Below are positions 63,332 through 64,000 of a stretch of 64,000 bases of DNA, in pieces. The translations under genes were made by a program, and so were the position numbers. Every line of letters starts with the position of its first letter. Positions within the stretch are counted from its first letter, which is position 1. A model generated the notes under the pieces. It saw only the letters and a list, made by a program, of their open reading frames with translations. It searched no databases and was not told where the DNA came from. The DNA comes from Smithellaceae bacterium (GTDB lineage Bacteria; Desulfobacterota; Syntrophia; Syntrophales; Smithellaceae). Location of the stretch: positions 896,001-960,000 of the forward strand of contig CAXXVL010000002.1 of the NCBI GenBank assembly GCA_963667845.2, read 5' to 3'.

Positions 63332-64000
63332 TCATTTGATCAATTTAAAAAGAAGATCGTCGACTGCGTCGATAAGACGTTTGAAATTTCCTCCGTAGCT
63401 TCTCGAAGAACCGAAAAGGTTCAACTTCAAGCTGCTAATCTTTTCAGCCGAATCAGTTATCGGCGAAGGCGGCGCTGTCCCGAATTGATTTTCCTGTGCC
63501 AGAAGTATTTTTGCTTCTTCTGTGAAAGGAATGGTCAATTCCCTGATCATGGCTAAATCCTGTCTCAAATGAGACGGATCGGTTGATTCCGGCAGTGACG
63601 ATTCTTTTCGGGGTCGGGCCTGGCTGTGACGGGCAAGACACCAGGTAATTTCATCAATCATGGCCGCCAGCGTTGAACATTCCATTCCCCTCACACCGCG
63701 GCGCCACTGCAAAAGCAGAGGATTCCGCCGCTGCCAGAGATGTTTCTGTTCGCCGGCTGTAATCAAACCGGCGACGGCATCATTGATGTCGTCTAAAATT
63801 CCCTTTAATTGACGGTAATGAGCCGCACTGATCGGGGCTCCGTAGGCCCGATTGCCTGAAGGAAAATGGAAGTCGTCATCAGGGATTAAATATCGCCATA
63901 AGTTGCGAAGGACCAAAGCACCGTTTTGATCTCCGGGTGTATCAAAATGCACGAGCGAAAGGAGTACTTTACCTCTTTGATACCGCCCTTCAACGACCGC
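63332..64000 (-). CDS. Partial CDS (5' end outside window), possibly BPL-N/glutamine-amidotransferase-like domain protein
   Basis: Frame is open to the window edge: AVVEGRYQRGKVLLSLVHFDTP... Confidence 0.55.
   Translation of the reverse strand, partial: AVVEGRYQRGKVLLSLVHFDTPGDQNGALVLRNLWRYLIPDDDFHFPSGNRAYGAPISAAHYRQLKGILDDINDAVAGLITAGEQKHLWQRRNPLLLQWRRGVRGMECSTLAAMIDEITWCLARHSQARPRKESSLPESTDPSHLRQDLAMIRELTIPFTEEAKILLAQENQFGTAPPSPITDSAEKISSLKLNLFGSSRSYGGNFKRLIDAVDDLLFKLIK

Overview
A 64-kb window from a bacterium whose gene set looks like an anaerobic Deltaproteobacterium (Syntrophales/Smithella-like; inferred from gene content only). The backbone is housekeeping: gatA-gatB-mtnA-HAD, tRNA-Sec, metG-PSP1-holB-tmk-ferredoxin-NifU, ispH(-UbiA fusion)-tlyA, dxs-ispA-xseB-xseA, lpdA, beta-oxidation genes with a TetR regulator, queF, carB, ettA and ccdA/tlpA. 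Two accessory-looking blocks stand out. (1) Directly after tRNA-Sec lies a ~1.45-kb AT-rich islet closed by a degenerate copy of the tRNA 3' end. It is followed by a sigma54-activator-linked cluster (esterase, SDR, acyl-CoA dehydrogenase, solute-binding protein, CoA-transferase) with two copies of the same upstream regulatory module, and then by a gene fusing a STAS (anti-anti-sigma) domain to a PLP decarboxylase. (2) A ~9.6-kb block between dxs and tlyA encodes a serine-palmitoyltransferase-like alpha-oxoamine synthase, an extended SDR reductase, a stand-alone acyltransferase-fold protein and an ABC/LolA-like/outer-membrane-barrel conduit. This is the best candidate for an undescribed system (aminolipid/sphingolipid-type synthesis plus export). 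Also seen: a frameshifted acyl-CoA ligase, a ferredoxin missed by the ORF track, and two hairpin-rich intergenic regions. No CRISPR array, integrase or transposase was found. All product calls come from motif recognition by eye, without database searches.
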